Of a stretch of DNA of 64,000 nt, positions 43,662 through 54,214 are shown in pieces. Both the position numbers and the translations under genes were made by a program. Position 1 is the stretch's first letter; each line of letters starts with the position of its first letter. Source of the stretch: Eubacteriales bacterium. Lineage in GTDB: Bacteria > Bacillota > Clostridia > Oscillospirales > CAG-272. The stretch is from positions 64,257 through 128,256 of the forward strand of contig DBFVEH010000003.1 of NCBI GenBank assembly GCA_048526005.1, read 5' to 3'. The notes under the pieces are model-generated. The model ran no database searches. It was not told where the DNA came from and saw only the letters and a program-made list of their open reading frames with translations.

Positions 43662-44140
43662 AAAAGCGACCCGCGTTACTCATCGCAACGCTACTCCTAT
43701 TCGTCTTTCTTGTCGGCTGCGGTCATTCCGGTCTGTCTATTGAAGACACCAACGGCGCGGAGGATTTCACGCTCTGCGTCGTCACCGAAGAGGACATCTG
43801 CCAAAGCAGATCCCATCTTGCTATTGCGTCCATCACATCGACAGTCGGCGGAAAAACAAAAATCCGCATCGGCGAGCTGTCCGGCGTATTGCAGCCCGAC
43901 GCTTCTCCCGCCGGCGTCAGAGCAAACGGCGAAACGCTCGTTTGGCACGCAGTATCCTCCGTGACCGCCGGCAACCTGCGCATCTGCATCGTCCGCGACA
44001 ACGAAGAAATCGTAGGAGACCTCCCCATAAACGGTGAAGGTGAGGTTCGGATCGAAAATGCCCCAAGGGGCAGGTATACGCTCCGAATCGCAGGAGAGAG
44101 CGCCGAATTTTCTCTGGAGATCACGCTGGAAAAAAGCTGA
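43658..44140 (+). CDS. Hypothetical lipoprotein
   Basis: ATGA overlap with the upstream gene. MKKRPALLIATLLLFVFLVGC lipobox. Confidence 0.55.
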   Translation: MKKRPALLIATLLLFVFLVGCGHSGLSIEDTNGAEDFTLCVVTEEDICQSRSHLAIASITSTVGGKTKIRIGELSGVLQPDASPAGVRANGETLVWHAVSSVTAGNLRICIVRDNEEIVGDLPINGEGEVRIENAPRGRYTLRIAGESAEFSLEITLEKS

Positions 44141-44273
44141 TCTAAGGACAAGGCGGCCGCACGGAATTTGTACGGGCATGACGCAGCCGGTTGATATCCT
44201 AAGAACAAAAAGATCTCCTATTTAGAATATAATGAAAAAATTTGTCACCAAACTTTCCGAACCGATCTCTATG

Positions 44274-44329
44274 AAAAAAGATAAATCCGGTGCAAGCCCT
44301 TTAAGGCTTGCACCGGATTTATCTTTTTT
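44274..44329. terminator. Strong bidirectional terminator
   Basis: AGATAAATCCGGTGCAAGCC-ctttaa-GGCTTGCACCGGATTTATCT, a 20-bp stem flanked by A and T runs. Confidence 0.7.
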
Positions 44330-44400
44330 GAGCCATAGCATAGCAGGCGCCGAATTTTCATATATATCCTTATATATCAAGAAAAATTCGGAGGAAAGCC

Positions 44401-45417
44401 ATGATTCCGATGTATAAAGGGAGCGGGAAACGCGCCCGTATTCTGACCTGTATGCTCGCCGCTCTGCTTGCACTTGCATTTTGTATTTTTTCGCTCTCCG
44501 GAAAAAACGCGCTTTATGCCTCCGCCGACGGCGCCTCTTATATCAAATGGGTGGATTTCGGCGTCACGGCCGCCGCGATGACGGATGCCATGAAGCTCGA
44601 TATAGCCTCCTATGGTACGGATTCCCACGTGAGCTGGATCGATCTGCTCGCCTATCTCGGCGCCAAATACGGTGGGAATTTCAAAAGCTATAAAAAAGCC
44701 GACCTTTTGTATGCGGAGGAAGCCTTGAAGCAGGATCCCGCCTGCTTCGAGGATATGAAGTATTTTTCTTATTATAAGGAAGCCTACGGAGCGGTGCTGG
44801 ACGGCTATCTCGGCACCTATGCGGTGTACGACAACACGAACGGTCGATATGAATATACGGAAAAATACGGACTGAAAGCGTTCTCTCCGATCGCGCGCGG
44901 CTACTTTTACAGCGATTACGACGATTTTGGCGCGTCGCGCAGCTACGGTTACCGCAGACGGCATCTCGGACACGATATGATGGGCTCCGTCGGCACACCG
45001 ATCATCGCCGTGGAATCGGGCTATGTCGAGGCCGTCGGCTGGAATCAGTACGGCGGATGGCGCATCGGCATCCGCAGCTTCGACGGAAAACGCTACTACT
45101 ATTACGCGCATCTGCGGAAAAATCATCCCTATAACGACATGTACGAGGGAAAGATCGTCACGGCAGGAGAGGTGATCGGCTATCTCGGCATGACCGGCTA
45201 CAGCGCCAAGGAAAACGTCAACAACATCGACACACCGCACCTGCATTTCGGGATCCAGCTCATCTTCAATCCCGTGCAGAAGGACGGAACCAATCAAATC
45301 TGGATCGACTGCTATGAAATCACAAAATTCCTCCTGCAAAACAGAAGCGCCGTTTATAAAAACGGCGAGGAATACGTCGCCGTCAATCCCATCACGGATT
45401 TTTCCCTGCCGGACTGA
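44401..45417 (+). CDS. M23 family metallopeptidase (secreted)
   Basis: GGAGGA RBS and a signal-like N-terminus. HLGHDM and HLHFGIQ zinc motifs. Confidence 0.85.
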   Translation: MIPMYKGSGKRARILTCMLAALLALAFCIFSLSGKNALYASADGASYIKWVDFGVTAAAMTDAMKLDIASYGTDSHVSWIDLLAYLGAKYGGNFKSYKKADLLYAEEALKQDPACFEDMKYFSYYKEAYGAVLDGYLGTYAVYDNTNGRYEYTEKYGLKAFSPIARGYFYSDYDDFGASRSYGYRRRHLGHDMMGSVGTPIIAVESGYVEAVGWNQYGGWRIGIRSFDGKRYYYYAHLRKNHPYNDMYEGKIVTAGEVIGYLGMTGYSAKENVNNIDTPHLHFGIQLIFNPVQKDGTNQIWIDCYEITKFLLQNRSAVYKNGEEYVAVNPITDFSLPD

Positions 45418-45433
45418 ATTTCATCTCCAATAG

Positions 45434-45467
45434 AAAAAGAGCGTCAACTTCGGTTTACGCTCTTTTA
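45434..45467 (+). terminator. Terminator after the M23 gene
   Basis: AAGAGCGT-12 nt-ACGCTCTT followed by TT. Confidence 0.45.
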
Positions 45468-45543
45468 GCTTTCGATGGATCATTCCCTCATCATAAAAGT
45501 CACGACTCTCTCCGCGGCACACAAGCGAAGCAATCGGTTTTCC

Positions 45544-45990
45544 TTATTTGTCCAAATTTTTCGGCGTATAGAGATTCGTATAGCTTTCCCTTTCATTGCT
45601 CTTTTTAGCCGTCACGGAATGGTAAACGCACCTGACGGCGGCAATCACCAAATAAAAAACGAAAAAGGACAAAATACCGAACATCGCCGTCCGGCCGCGC
45701 TCCACAAGATCGGAGGCAACAACAAAGGAAAGCGCAAACGATACCGTCACAAGGATGCCGTGAACGACAAGCTTCACATAATAGGAACCGAGAAACGCCA
45801 GCCGGAACACATAGTCCGCCGCACCGACAAGCGCCGCAAACAAAAGCGACGTCCACACAAGCGGCGTGTTAAAGGTATCCGACGGAAGTCCGATCGCCTT
45901 TGAAAAAAGAACAAACGCCAGTATGGTAAACATAAAATATGCGCCTACGTGTCCGACATAGGAACGCAGAAAAGAGAGCCATTTTTTCAT
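45544..45990 (-). CDS. Hypothetical integral membrane protein (about 4 TM helices)
   Basis: 148-aa hydrophobic ORF with coding-like composition. No family assigned with confidence. Confidence 0.5.
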   Translation of the reverse strand: MKKWLSFLRSYVGHVGAYFMFTILAFVLFSKAIGLPSDTFNTPLVWTSLLFAALVGAADYVFRLAFLGSYYVKLVVHGILVTVSFALSFVVASDLVERGRTAMFGILSFFVFYLVIAAVRCVYHSVTAKKSNERESYTNLYTPKNLDK

Positions 45991-46026
45991 TTTATCCTCC
46001 TGATAGGATTCTCCCCAAAAAGAATT

Positions 46027-46458
46027 CTATATATTAAAATCCTCGGATTTGAGATTTCCGTAAAATCTGCCCTGCTCCGCGGTAAATCTCAGTACGCAAT
46101 AATCCGGGTCCGAAACGCCGCCGGGATAATACACCGTATCCCCGTCGCGCCAAATCCTTCGGCGCACGGCATCATCCGTGAGCACCTCCATCGTCCCTGT
46201 GAGCATCACACCCCGATAGAACCGCCGGTCGCAGAAATAGACACAGGCTTTCGGATTTTCACGGTACTGCGCCGCATGACGGGACGACAAATTCGTCGTA
46301 AAATAGAAAATTCTGATTCCCTCCCGCTCACGCGGCGAAAACATCGCCCGCACGTTCGGGAATCCGTCCGCCGCCGCGGAGCCGACATAGCAGATGCTCT
46401 GCTTATCGATCAAATTTTCCATCGTTTGTTCCGGATTTCTCATTTCCGCAGCTCCCAT
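46027..46458 (-). CDS. Pyridoxamine 5'-phosphate oxidase family protein (general-stress-protein-26-like)
   Basis: 143 aa. The pattern ...CYVGSAAADGFPNVRAMF...IFYFTTNLSSRHAAQYRENPKACVYF is typical of the fold. Confidence 0.65.
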   Translation of the reverse strand: MGAAEMRNPEQTMENLIDKQSICYVGSAAADGFPNVRAMFSPREREGIRIFYFTTNLSSRHAAQYRENPKACVYFCDRRFYRGVMLTGTMEVLTDDAVRRRIWRDGDTVYYPGGVSDPDYCVLRFTAEQGRFYGNLKSEDFNI

Positions 46459-46577
46459 TATCCGATATTTCGCATTTTATCTTTATTATAACACAACCAA
46501 ACGGAAAAGCAACAAAAAAACGGATTTTTTAACCAACAGTCCGTTTTGAGGCAGAAAGTCTTGTCCCGTAACGGCGC

Positions 46578-47279
46578 TCAGAACAGCAGCACCTCCCGGT
46601 TCGTGCCGTAAAAGATATCCTCATGCCCGCCGATCCTCCGGCAGAAAGCCTCAAAGGCCTCCCAAAAATCCCATGCGTCAAATTCATATGAATGTCCCCA
46701 AATATAGAAAAGCTGCGGGATGTCCGTCGCGGAAGCGAGGAATTCCTCGCCGAGCGCAAGCATTTTGTCCATATCCAGGTGATATACCGTCGGCGCGAAT
46801 GCGATAAGGTCGCGCTGGATCCCGAAGCCGCCGTTTGCATCGACGGTTCTGGCATAGCGAATACCGGTATGCTCCCGCACAAGACGCTCCACTCTCGCAT
46901 CGTGATTGACGCCGCCTCCGGGATACGCCATACCGACGACCTCATATCCGGCAAGCGCCGAAAGCGCCTGCCGGTCCTCCTCCACCTGCCGCACTACCTC
47001 TTCATTCGGCAACGTACACAGCGCCGGATGCGTCAGCGTATGCGCCGCGACCTCATGGCCGTCGTAGACCGCACGCACATCCTCCGCGCGAACTTTATCG
47101 TGTCTTACCTGCACGCCGCCGCGAATAAGCGCATTCTTCCCGCCCAAAAGTCCCGAATTGAGATTGAACGTCGCCCGCAGACCGTACCGGTTAAAAATCT
47201 CAATCAGCCGTATATCCTGCGTAACGCCGTCGTCATAGCTGAACGTGACCGCCTTTTTCTTTCCGTTCCACATCGCCAT
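46578..47279 (-). CDS. Polysaccharide deacetylase (NodB homology domain)
   Basis: FSYDDG, HTLTHP and YPGG motifs. ATG at 47279 is preferred. Confidence 0.8.
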   Translation of the reverse strand: MAMWNGKKKAVTFSYDDGVTQDIRLIEIFNRYGLRATFNLNSGLLGGKNALIRGGVQVRHDKVRAEDVRAVYDGHEVAAHTLTHPALCTLPNEEVVRQVEEDRQALSALAGYEVVGMAYPGGGVNHDARVERLVREHTGIRYARTVDANGGFGIQRDLIAFAPTVYHLDMDKMLALGEEFLASATDIPQLFYIWGHSYEFDAWDFWEAFEAFCRRIGGHEDIFYGTNREVLLF

Positions 47280-47564
47280 AGTCCCACCCCGCAAAAAGCT
47301 TCGGTATCAGTATATCACGGCAGACGTCGGCCGTCAAGAAATGCGCTGAGGAAAAAAATCAGAAAAGCTATTGCGTTTGGTTTTTAAAAATGATAATATA
47401 TTGATATATTTTGAAATCATATGCGGCAGCGCAGACGGCGGACTCCCGCTGTCTCCTCGTTTTTCAAAAACACCGGCCGTCATAAATCATGCCATTTCTC
47501 CTACGCCCGCGGCAACTCCGAAATAATGCCTCGGCAGCATCAATCCGAAAGGCGGAAAAATTCC

Positions 47565-48077
47565 ATGAAGCATCCTTTCATACCGGACATCATGTTCGAC
47601 AGCATACACGACATCACGCCGGAGTATCTCCTGTCAAAGGACATCCGCGCCGTTGTGCTCGACATCGACAATACGCTTGTGACCTACGGGATGCCGGAGC
47701 CCACGGCGGAGGTCACAAATTGGATCGAGGCGCTGCAAGCTAAGGGCATTTCCGTCGCACTCGCCTCAAACAATGGGCGGGAGCGAGTCGAGCTTTTCAA
47801 CAAAAAGCTCGGTGTATTTACGACCTACAAAAGCGGAAAGCCCTCTCCCCGCGCCGTTTTTGCTTCCTGCGAGCATTTCGGCGTCAAGCCGGAGGAGACT
47901 GCCGTGATCGGCGATCAGATCTTTACCGACGTCTGCTGCGCGAAACGGGCAGGTGCGCTTGCGATTCTCGTCACGCCGCTGCCATACGACGAAAATCTCT
48001 TTTTCAAATTCAAGCGCCTGATGGAAAAGCCCTTTATCCGCGCCTACCGCCGGAAGCAGGAAAGAAAGCACGGATGA
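47565..48077 (+). CDS. yqeG: YqeG-family HAD-IIIA phosphatase
   Basis: ATG at 47565. VLDIDNTLV, ASNN and GDQIFTD motifs. Confidence 0.8.
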   Translation: MKHPFIPDIMFDSIHDITPEYLLSKDIRAVVLDIDNTLVTYGMPEPTAEVTNWIEALQAKGISVALASNNGRERVELFNKKLGVFTTYKSGKPSPRAVFASCEHFGVKPEETAVIGDQIFTDVCCAKRAGALAILVTPLPYDENLFFKFKRLMEKPFIRAYRRKQERKHG

Positions 48078-48119
48078 CGGTCACAGTCCCTCACAAAATC
48101 AGGAAAAGGAGGTCACACT

Positions 48120-50426
48120 ATGATTTTTGAAAGCCTGTATATATCCAGTTTCGGCAAGCTGTCCGATCAAAAATTCGATTTTTCGGAGGGCGTCAACATC
48201 GTCGAGGGAGCCAACGAATCCGGAAAATCCACGATATGCGGATTTATCCGATTCATGTTTTACGGGCTTCCCTCAAAGCCTGACGAAAAGCTTCGCACCA
48301 TCAGCTGGCAGGACTCCCGTGCGGCGGGCTCGCTTACGTTTTCCGAGGACGGAAAGCGGTATCGGATCGAGCGCGAGGTCATCTGTGTCACCTCCTCCGA
48401 CGGCAAACCGTCCTACCGAGAAAAATGCGCCGTATACGATGCGGACACCAATCTTGTCTGCTTCAAGGGGCAATCGCCCGGCGAGGTATTTTTCGGCGTG
48501 TCCGGTTCCGTTTTCGACAGCACCGTTTATATCCGTCAAACGGAGAACACCCGCGTCGGCGGTCACGAGCTCGGCGAGGAAGCGGAAAACATTTTATTTT
48601 CCGCCAATGAGAGCATCAATACCAAAAAGGCGATCGCGAAGCTCGATTCCGCAAGAGTGTTCCTGCTGCACAAAAACAGACGGGGCGGAAAAATCGCGGA
48701 GCTGGAAAGCGCCCGCGACGAAACGGCGGAAAAGCTGGAAACCGCTATGAAAGCGAGCGGCGACATCATCTACCTCGAGGGAACCCGGCGCCAGCTTTCC
48801 GAAAAAAAAGAGGAAGCGGAGCGCCGTCTCGAAGCCGTCAAGGCGGAGCTTGAAAAATACGAACGCTACACCATGAAAAAGGCCTACCTGAGACGCAAGG
48901 CGGAAAAGGCGCGTCTCGCGGAAACGGAGGAAAAAATCGCCGCGAAAAAATCGCCGCCGGAGCACGGCGGACGCGACATATCTTCCGACGAGTATATCGC
49001 CTCGCTTGAAAAAATGCAGGGCAGCCTTGAGCTTGCCGCTTCCCGCTATGCCGACGCGGAAGCGGCGCTTTCCGACGCAACCCAAAAAATATCGGACATG
49101 AGCGAAAAGCTCGCGATTTTTGAACGCTTCGGCGCGAAGGGCGGCAAGACCCGTGAGGAGCTCATCTCGAAAACCCGTGCCATGCGCCGTGCCCGTTCGG
49201 CTTCCGTCAAGCTTTTCACGGGCGCGTTCGTTCTCACAGCGCTTTTCGCCGTTCTCTGTGCCGTTCTCTTTCTCGGCGCGCCGGACATGCCTGCCGTTTT
49301 CAAATATATCACGGCGGCGCTCATTCCCATCTTTGCCGTCATAGGCATCGTTTTTTTAGTCCGAGCGACGTCGCTCAAAACGGACATCCGCACCATCTGC
49401 GCCAAATTCGGCTGTGCGGATTATGCCGAATTTGAGGAGCTGGTCCGCGCCGCCTCCGAGGACGAGGCCTATATGGTCTTTATCACCGGCGCACGCGACG
49501 AGGCCAATGACAAATTCAACGCAGCTTCCGCGAAGCTGGAACAGATCAGCGCGGAAATTTTGGAGGTTCTCGGAAAGGACGGCTTTGAAATCTCGGGCAA
49601 TACCGCAGCTTCCCTTTCGGAGGCCATCGCGTCATGCCGCGGCATCCGCACGGAGCTTGCGGGACTGGAATCGGCATACGAGGAGCAAAAAAGCAGAATC
49701 GCCGAAATCGAGGAATCCCTCGCGGCCTATCCCAAGGAGTATTTGAAATCCGCCTGCCTCGACGAATACGACGAGACGGAAATGGAAAGCTTCAACCTCA
49801 CTGCGAAAAGACGCGACAGCGAATTTTTATCGGGTGCGATCGCCTCCCAAACCGACAAGCTTCATCAGATCGATTTGGAGCTGTCAGCGCTGACGGCGAC
49901 GGCGATAAGGCCGACCGAGCTTGCCGAACAGAAAGCCGCGCTCGACGAGGAAATCCGAGAGCTGACCGCCAAATGGGATGCTTATATGCTCGCCGTCGAA
50001 TCGCTGGAAAAGGCCAGCGGAAAGCTGCGGGAGGGCATCTCTCCGAAAATTGCGAAAAGCGCCGCAAAGCTCATGGGAGCGCTGACGGACGGCAAATATT
50101 CGGAAATCGGCGTGGACATGGACTTCGGTCTGTCCTTTTCCGACGGCGCTCTGATGCGGGACGCCGCATACCTCAGCGCGGGGACGGGAGACGTCGCCTA
50201 TATTTGCCTCAGGATCGCGCTCATCGAGCTTTTATATAAAAAAGCCGTGCCGCCGTTTCTATTCGACGAAAGCTTTGTCCGTATGGACGACGCGCGTCTT
50301 TCCAAGATGCTTTCTTTGATCTACAAATATTCGCAGCGCAGCTATCAAAGCATTCTCTTCACCTGCCATGAGCGTGAAAAAACGATCATGGAATCTGTCG
50401 GTTCCTGCAATATTTTGTCTATTTGA
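48120..50426 (+). CDS. YhaN/SbcC-like AAA ATPase with central coiled coil and two TM helices
   Basis: N-terminal GANESGKST P-loop, long coiled coil, a hydrophobic pair at about aa 375-420, and C-terminal LFDESFVRMDD Walker B. Confidence 0.7.
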   Translation: MIFESLYISSFGKLSDQKFDFSEGVNIVEGANESGKSTICGFIRFMFYGLPSKPDEKLRTISWQDSRAAGSLTFSEDGKRYRIEREVICVTSSDGKPSYREKCAVYDADTNLVCFKGQSPGEVFFGVSGSVFDSTVYIRQTENTRVGGHELGEEAENILFSANESINTKKAIAKLDSARVFLLHKNRRGGKIAELESARDETAEKLETAMKASGDIIYLEGTRRQLSEKKEEAERRLEAVKAELEKYERYTMKKAYLRRKAEKARLAETEEKIAAKKSPPEHGGRDISSDEYIASLEKMQGSLELAASRYADAEAALSDATQKISDMSEKLAIFERFGAKGGKTREELISKTRAMRRARSASVKLFTGAFVLTALFAVLCAVLFLGAPDMPAVFKYITAALIPIFAVIGIVFLVRATSLKTDIRTICAKFGCADYAEFEELVRAASEDEAYMVFITGARDEANDKFNAASAKLEQISAEILEVLGKDGFEISGNTAASLSEAIASCRGIRTELAGLESAYEEQKSRIAEIEESLAAYPKEYLKSACLDEYDETEMESFNLTAKRRDSEFLSGAIASQTDKLHQIDLELSALTATAIRPTELAEQKAALDEEIRELTAKWDAYMLAVESLEKASGKLREGISPKIAKSAAKLMGALTDGKYSEIGVDMDFGLSFSDGALMRDAAYLSAGTGDVAYICLRIALIELLYKKAVPPFLFDESFVRMDDARLSKMLSLIYKYSQRSYQSILFTCHEREKTIMESVGSCNILSI

Positions 50427-50565
50427 TGCAATAATCGCCGCTCTTTTCAAAAATTTTGTATTTCATTCACAAAAAGCTCTTTATTTCCGCTTCCGCATAT
50501 GCTATACTATAAGCGTAAGGGAGCGGAAGCTTTTTTACAAGTACGAAGCGAAAGGTGATAGATCT

Positions 50566-51096
50566 ATGAAAACAACGATTCTTTTAAGACAAGTGACCAT
50601 CGGGGACGATGTCCGGGCGTTGATCGAAAAAAAGATCGGCAAGCTGGATAAGTTTTTTCTCGAAAATGCCGAAGCGTTCGTAACGCTCAGCAAAAAGAGA
50701 GAGAAAGAAATTTTAGAGCTCACCATTTCCGCAGACGGCGTCTTATTCCGAAGCGAGGTCGACGGACCGACCTTCTGCCATGCGATCGACACCGCGGTCA
50801 ACATCATCGAGCGTCAGATCCGGAAAAATAAAACAAGACTTGAAAAGAGACTCCGCGAGGGCGCGTTTCTCGACGGCGGCGCCGCAGCACCGGATGAAAA
50901 TGTGGAGGAGGAAACCGATTTCAAAATCAGAAAGAAATCGTTCAGCTTAAAGCCGATGGATGTCGAAGAAGCGATCATGCAGATGAATCTTCTCGAGCAT
51001 GAATTTTTCGTGTTCGAGGATCAGAATACCGAGCAAATCTGCGTCGTATACAAGCGCAAGGACGGCGCCTACGGGTTGATCGAGACATCGAGATAA
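50566..51096 (+). CDS. hpf: Ribosome hibernation promoting factor (long HPF)
   Basis: 176 aa. The N-terminal S30AE domain starts MKTTILLRQVTIGDDVRALIEKKIGKLDKFF; C-terminal dimerisation domain KPMDVEEAIMQMNLLEHEFFVF. Confidence 0.9.
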   Translation: MKTTILLRQVTIGDDVRALIEKKIGKLDKFFLENAEAFVTLSKKREKEILELTISADGVLFRSEVDGPTFCHAIDTAVNIIERQIRKNKTRLEKRLREGAFLDGGAAAPDENVEEETDFKIRKKSFSLKPMDVEEAIMQMNLLEHEFFVFEDQNTEQICVVYKRKDGAYGLIETSR

Positions 51097-51106
51097 AAAA
51101 TACGAA

Positions 51107-51140
51107 AATAGGGGGGATGACGAGGTCATCCCCCTTTTTG
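51107..51140 (+). terminator. Terminator after hpf
   Basis: GGGGGATGAC-gag-GTCATCCCCC followed by TTTTTG. Confidence 0.7.
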
Positions 51141-51148
51141 TCTTTTTC

Positions 51149-51177
51149 TTGACTTTTATTCCCTGCAATGATAAAAT
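51149..51177 (+). promoter_or_regulatory. SigA-type promoter of the ECF S-component gene
   Basis: TTGACT (51149-51154), 17 bp, TAAAAT (51172-51177). Confidence 0.5.
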
Positions 51178-51206
51178 GAGAAAAACGAAAACAAACAGAG
51201 GCGGAC

Positions 51207-51737
51207 ATGAAAAAAAACAACATCCGAAAACTCGTCGTCGCGGCCATGATGCTGGCCATCGCACTTCTTTTGCCGTATTTGACCGGTCAAATCCCCGAAA
51301 TCGGCTCTATGCTCTGCCCGATGCACCTGCCCGTCCTGCTCTGCGGCTTTTTATGCGGTCCGTGGTGGGGGCTTGCGGTCGGCGCTGTGGCAGCGCCGCT
51401 GCGGTTCGTTCTTCTCGGAATGCCGAAAGCGCCGACGTGCTTTTTTATGGCTGCGGAAATGGCGGTTTACGGCTTCCTCGCGGGATTTTTATATAAGCTC
51501 TTTCCGAAAAAAATCCCGTTTCTCTACGCTTCCCTTCTGCTTGCGATGATAGGCGGCAGACTCGTGTACGGAGCCGTTCAGTGGATCGCCGTCGGCATCG
51601 GCGGCGGAACCTATACGCTGAACGCCTTCCTTGCCTCCGCCGTGATTGGCTCATGGCCGGGAATCCTTCTGCAAATCATACTCATTCCCGTCCTTGTCAT
51701 CGCGCTGAAACGCGCTAAAATCCTTTCGGAAGCCTGA
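51207..51737 (+). CDS. ECF transporter S component (substrate unknown)
   Basis: 176 aa, 5-6 TM. The LLPYLTGQIP...CPMHLPVLLCGFLCGPWWG pattern is typical of ECF_trnsprt-type S components. Confidence 0.65.
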   Translation: MKKNNIRKLVVAAMMLAIALLLPYLTGQIPEIGSMLCPMHLPVLLCGFLCGPWWGLAVGAVAAPLRFVLLGMPKAPTCFFMAAEMAVYGFLAGFLYKLFPKKIPFLYASLLLAMIGGRLVYGAVQWIAVGIGGGTYTLNAFLASAVIGSWPGILLQIILIPVLVIALKRAKILSEA

Positions 51738-51781
51738 CTAATACAAACGAATAAAATATTTTATACAAAAAGATAAAAACA

Positions 51782-53161
51782 ATGCTGAAAAAAAACGATA
51801 TCGTGACGCTCGCCATCACCGACCTGACGCCGGAGGGCGCCGGCGTCGGAAAATACGACGGGTACGTGATTTTCGTACCCAAAACCGCCGTCGGAGACGT
51901 GATCTCCGCGAGGATACTGAAAACACTCTCCTCACACGGATACGGAAAATGCGAGGCGGTCCTGACGGCCTCATCTGACAGGTGCGAGCCTGACTGCGCC
52001 GTGTTTTCCAAATGCGGCGGATGCCTGTTTCGTCACATCCGATACGATGCGGAGCTGAAAATCAAAAAAAGATGGGTGGAGGAGAATTTTAAGAGGATCG
52101 GCAAGCTTGCCATCTCCTGCGACGCGATTCTGTCCTCTCCCGCCAAAGACGGCTACCGAAACAAAGCACAGATTCCATGCGGAAAAAATGAGAACGGGGT
52201 GCCGATGTTCGGCTTCTATGCGCCGCACAGCCATCGGATCGTTCCCTGTGCTTCCTGCGGACTCCAGCCCCCGTTCTATCCTGCGATCCTGCGCTGTGTA
52301 AGCGCATGGATGGAACGCTTCCGCATCGCGCCCTACGAGGAGGAAGCCCATGCGGGAATCGTCCGTCATGTTTTCATCCGGGATGGCAGATCCAGCGGCG
52401 AGGTTATGGTCTGCATCGTCGCAAATGCAGATGTCCTGCCGCATACAGAGGAATTGATCCGCGCCCTGCTCTCTGAGAATGAGAATATCACAAGCATCGT
52501 CCTGAACGTCAACAAAAAGCCGGGAAACGAGATCCTCGGCCGAAGGTGCGTGACGCTCTACGGCAAAGCCGCCATCACGGATACGCTGTGCGGACTTGTC
52601 TTTGACATATCCCCGCTTTCGTTTTATCAGGTCAATCACGACGGCGCGGAAGTGCTTTACAACACAGCACAGGAATTCGCTGCGCTCACAGGCAAGGAAA
52701 TCCTGCTCGATCTCTATTGCGGCGTCGGTACGATCGGACTTTCCATGGCGAAAAAAGCCGCGAGGCTCGTCGGCGTCGAGGTCATTCCCGCGGCTGTGGA
52801 AAATGCACGCCGGAATGCGGAGCGCAACGGCATCCAAAACGCGGAATTTATCTGCGCCGATGCGGGAGAGGCGGCGCAGCAGTTAGCATCCGCCGGCATC
52901 CATCCCGATGTCATCGTCGTCGATCCGCCGAGAGGCGGCTGCGACGGGAAGGTTCTCGATGCCATCCTTCAAATGGCGCCGGAGCGCATCGTCATGGTAT
53001 CCTGCAACAGCGCGACCGCCGCGCGCGACTGCGCGTATCTCGCGGAACACGGATATACCGTATCCAAGCTGCGCGCCATCGATATGTTCCCAAGAACGGG
53101 ACATGTTGAGTGTGTCGTGTTGATAATAAAAAACATGGATTCAACACAAGGAGCAGAATGA
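51782..53161 (+). CDS. rlmD: 23S rRNA (uracil-5-)-methyltransferase RlmD/RumA family
   Basis: N-terminal TRAM domain, a 4-Cys cluster (C-x5-C-x2-C plus a later Cys), the SAM motif DLYCGVGTIG, and VDPPRGG. Confidence 0.85.
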   Translation: MLKKNDIVTLAITDLTPEGAGVGKYDGYVIFVPKTAVGDVISARILKTLSSHGYGKCEAVLTASSDRCEPDCAVFSKCGGCLFRHIRYDAELKIKKRWVEENFKRIGKLAISCDAILSSPAKDGYRNKAQIPCGKNENGVPMFGFYAPHSHRIVPCASCGLQPPFYPAILRCVSAWMERFRIAPYEEEAHAGIVRHVFIRDGRSSGEVMVCIVANADVLPHTEELIRALLSENENITSIVLNVNKKPGNEILGRRCVTLYGKAAITDTLCGLVFDISPLSFYQVNHDGAEVLYNTAQEFAALTGKEILLDLYCGVGTIGLSMAKKAARLVGVEVIPAAVENARRNAERNGIQNAEFICADAGEAAQQLASAGIHPDVIVVDPPRGGCDGKVLDAILQMAPERIVMVSCNSATAARDCAYLAEHGYTVSKLRAIDMFPRTGHVECVVLIIKNMDSTQGAE

Positions 53162-53164
53162 ACA

Positions 53165-54214
53165 ATGATGGAATGTGACATGATATCCTCCGTTTTTTCC
53201 TTATTCAGCGACAGCGATCCGGTGAATTATTCTATAAAAAACACCAGCCACGGTGATACGGATTTCAGAGAAACCGTGATATGCGACTGCTCCTCGGGGA
53301 ATAAATTGGTATTGAAGCTTGTTGATAATGAATTTACCTCTCCCGCTCGAATCGCAATATGGAAACGCTGTGCCGATGAATACAAGAAACTCGGCTATTA
53401 TTGCCCCGAGATTCTCTCCTCAAAAAACGGCACTTATCCAAAAATCCAATATAAAGGCCATACCTGCGTTGCCTATGCTGAGGAATATTCGGCTTTTCCC
53501 GGTGCGGATTCTTTTGACCCCGCTGCCATTTCAGAAAACGGTTACTATAAATACATTGACGATGCGACCGAAATGAATGCCCGGGTAGCTTCCATGCATT
53601 TTGATTTTGCACCTTTTCCATCCGCATGGTGTGCATTTGAAAAATTCTGCCCAAGTGACAAAGACGATGAAGTGACAGAAAACGCAATCAATTGGCTGGA
53701 ACTTGCAAAAAAGCTTCCCGTATCTTTTTCGGAGCAAGTCGAACGAATATGGACGCTCTGGAATAAAAACAAAGAAGAATTGAAAAAAATATATCCCCTG
53801 CTGCCAACATCCGTTTTTCAGGCGGACATAAATAAATCAAACATTCTTCTTGACAGGGACGGCAGATTTAAGGGTGTATTTGATTTTAATCTCTGCGGAA
53901 AAGAAGTCTTCCTCAACTATCTGTTCCGAGAAGCACCTTATGTCATGACAATAGAAGGTTTTTCCGAAGCATTGGATAATATTGAACGGAGACGGATTTT
54001 TCGGGCGATTCATATCGCGAAAAAATCATATAGATTTCAGGAAATTGAGATTCGTGCAGCGCCGCTTCTTTACAGATATCAAAAACCTTTATGGTTCACT
54101 CGCATTGAAGAACTGAGAAAAGCGGGAAATGATACAGCCAAAATCGAAAAATGTTTATCCATTTCGGAAAAGATGCTGACCGATGAAATCGATTGGGCTT
54201 CCGAAATGGAATAA
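53165..54214 (+). CDS. Kinase-like phosphotransferase (APH/ChoK fold), low-GC gene
   Basis: 349 aa. QADINKSNILLD...GVFDFNL resembles the HxDxxxxN / DFG-like pair with His replaced by Gln. Markedly AT-richer than the flanks. Confidence 0.5.
   Translation: MMECDMISSVFSLFSDSDPVNYSIKNTSHGDTDFRETVICDCSSGNKLVLKLVDNEFTSPARIAIWKRCADEYKKLGYYCPEILSSKNGTYPKIQYKGHTCVAYAEEYSAFPGADSFDPAAISENGYYKYIDDATEMNARVASMHFDFAPFPSAWCAFEKFCPSDKDDEVTENAINWLELAKKLPVSFSEQVERIWTLWNKNKEELKKIYPLLPTSVFQADINKSNILLDRDGRFKGVFDFNLCGKEVFLNYLFREAPYVMTIEGFSEALDNIERRRIFRAIHIAKKSYRFQEIEIRAAPLLYRYQKPLWFTRIEELRKAGNDTAKIEKCLSISEKMLTDEIDWASEME

Noticed and set aside
44228-44329. Possible ~95-nt sRNA between a TATAAT box (44228-44233) and the strong terminator
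   Set aside because: There is no acceptable -35 (ACAAAA) and no extended -10. The terminator is adequately explained as the end of the upstream lipoprotein operon.
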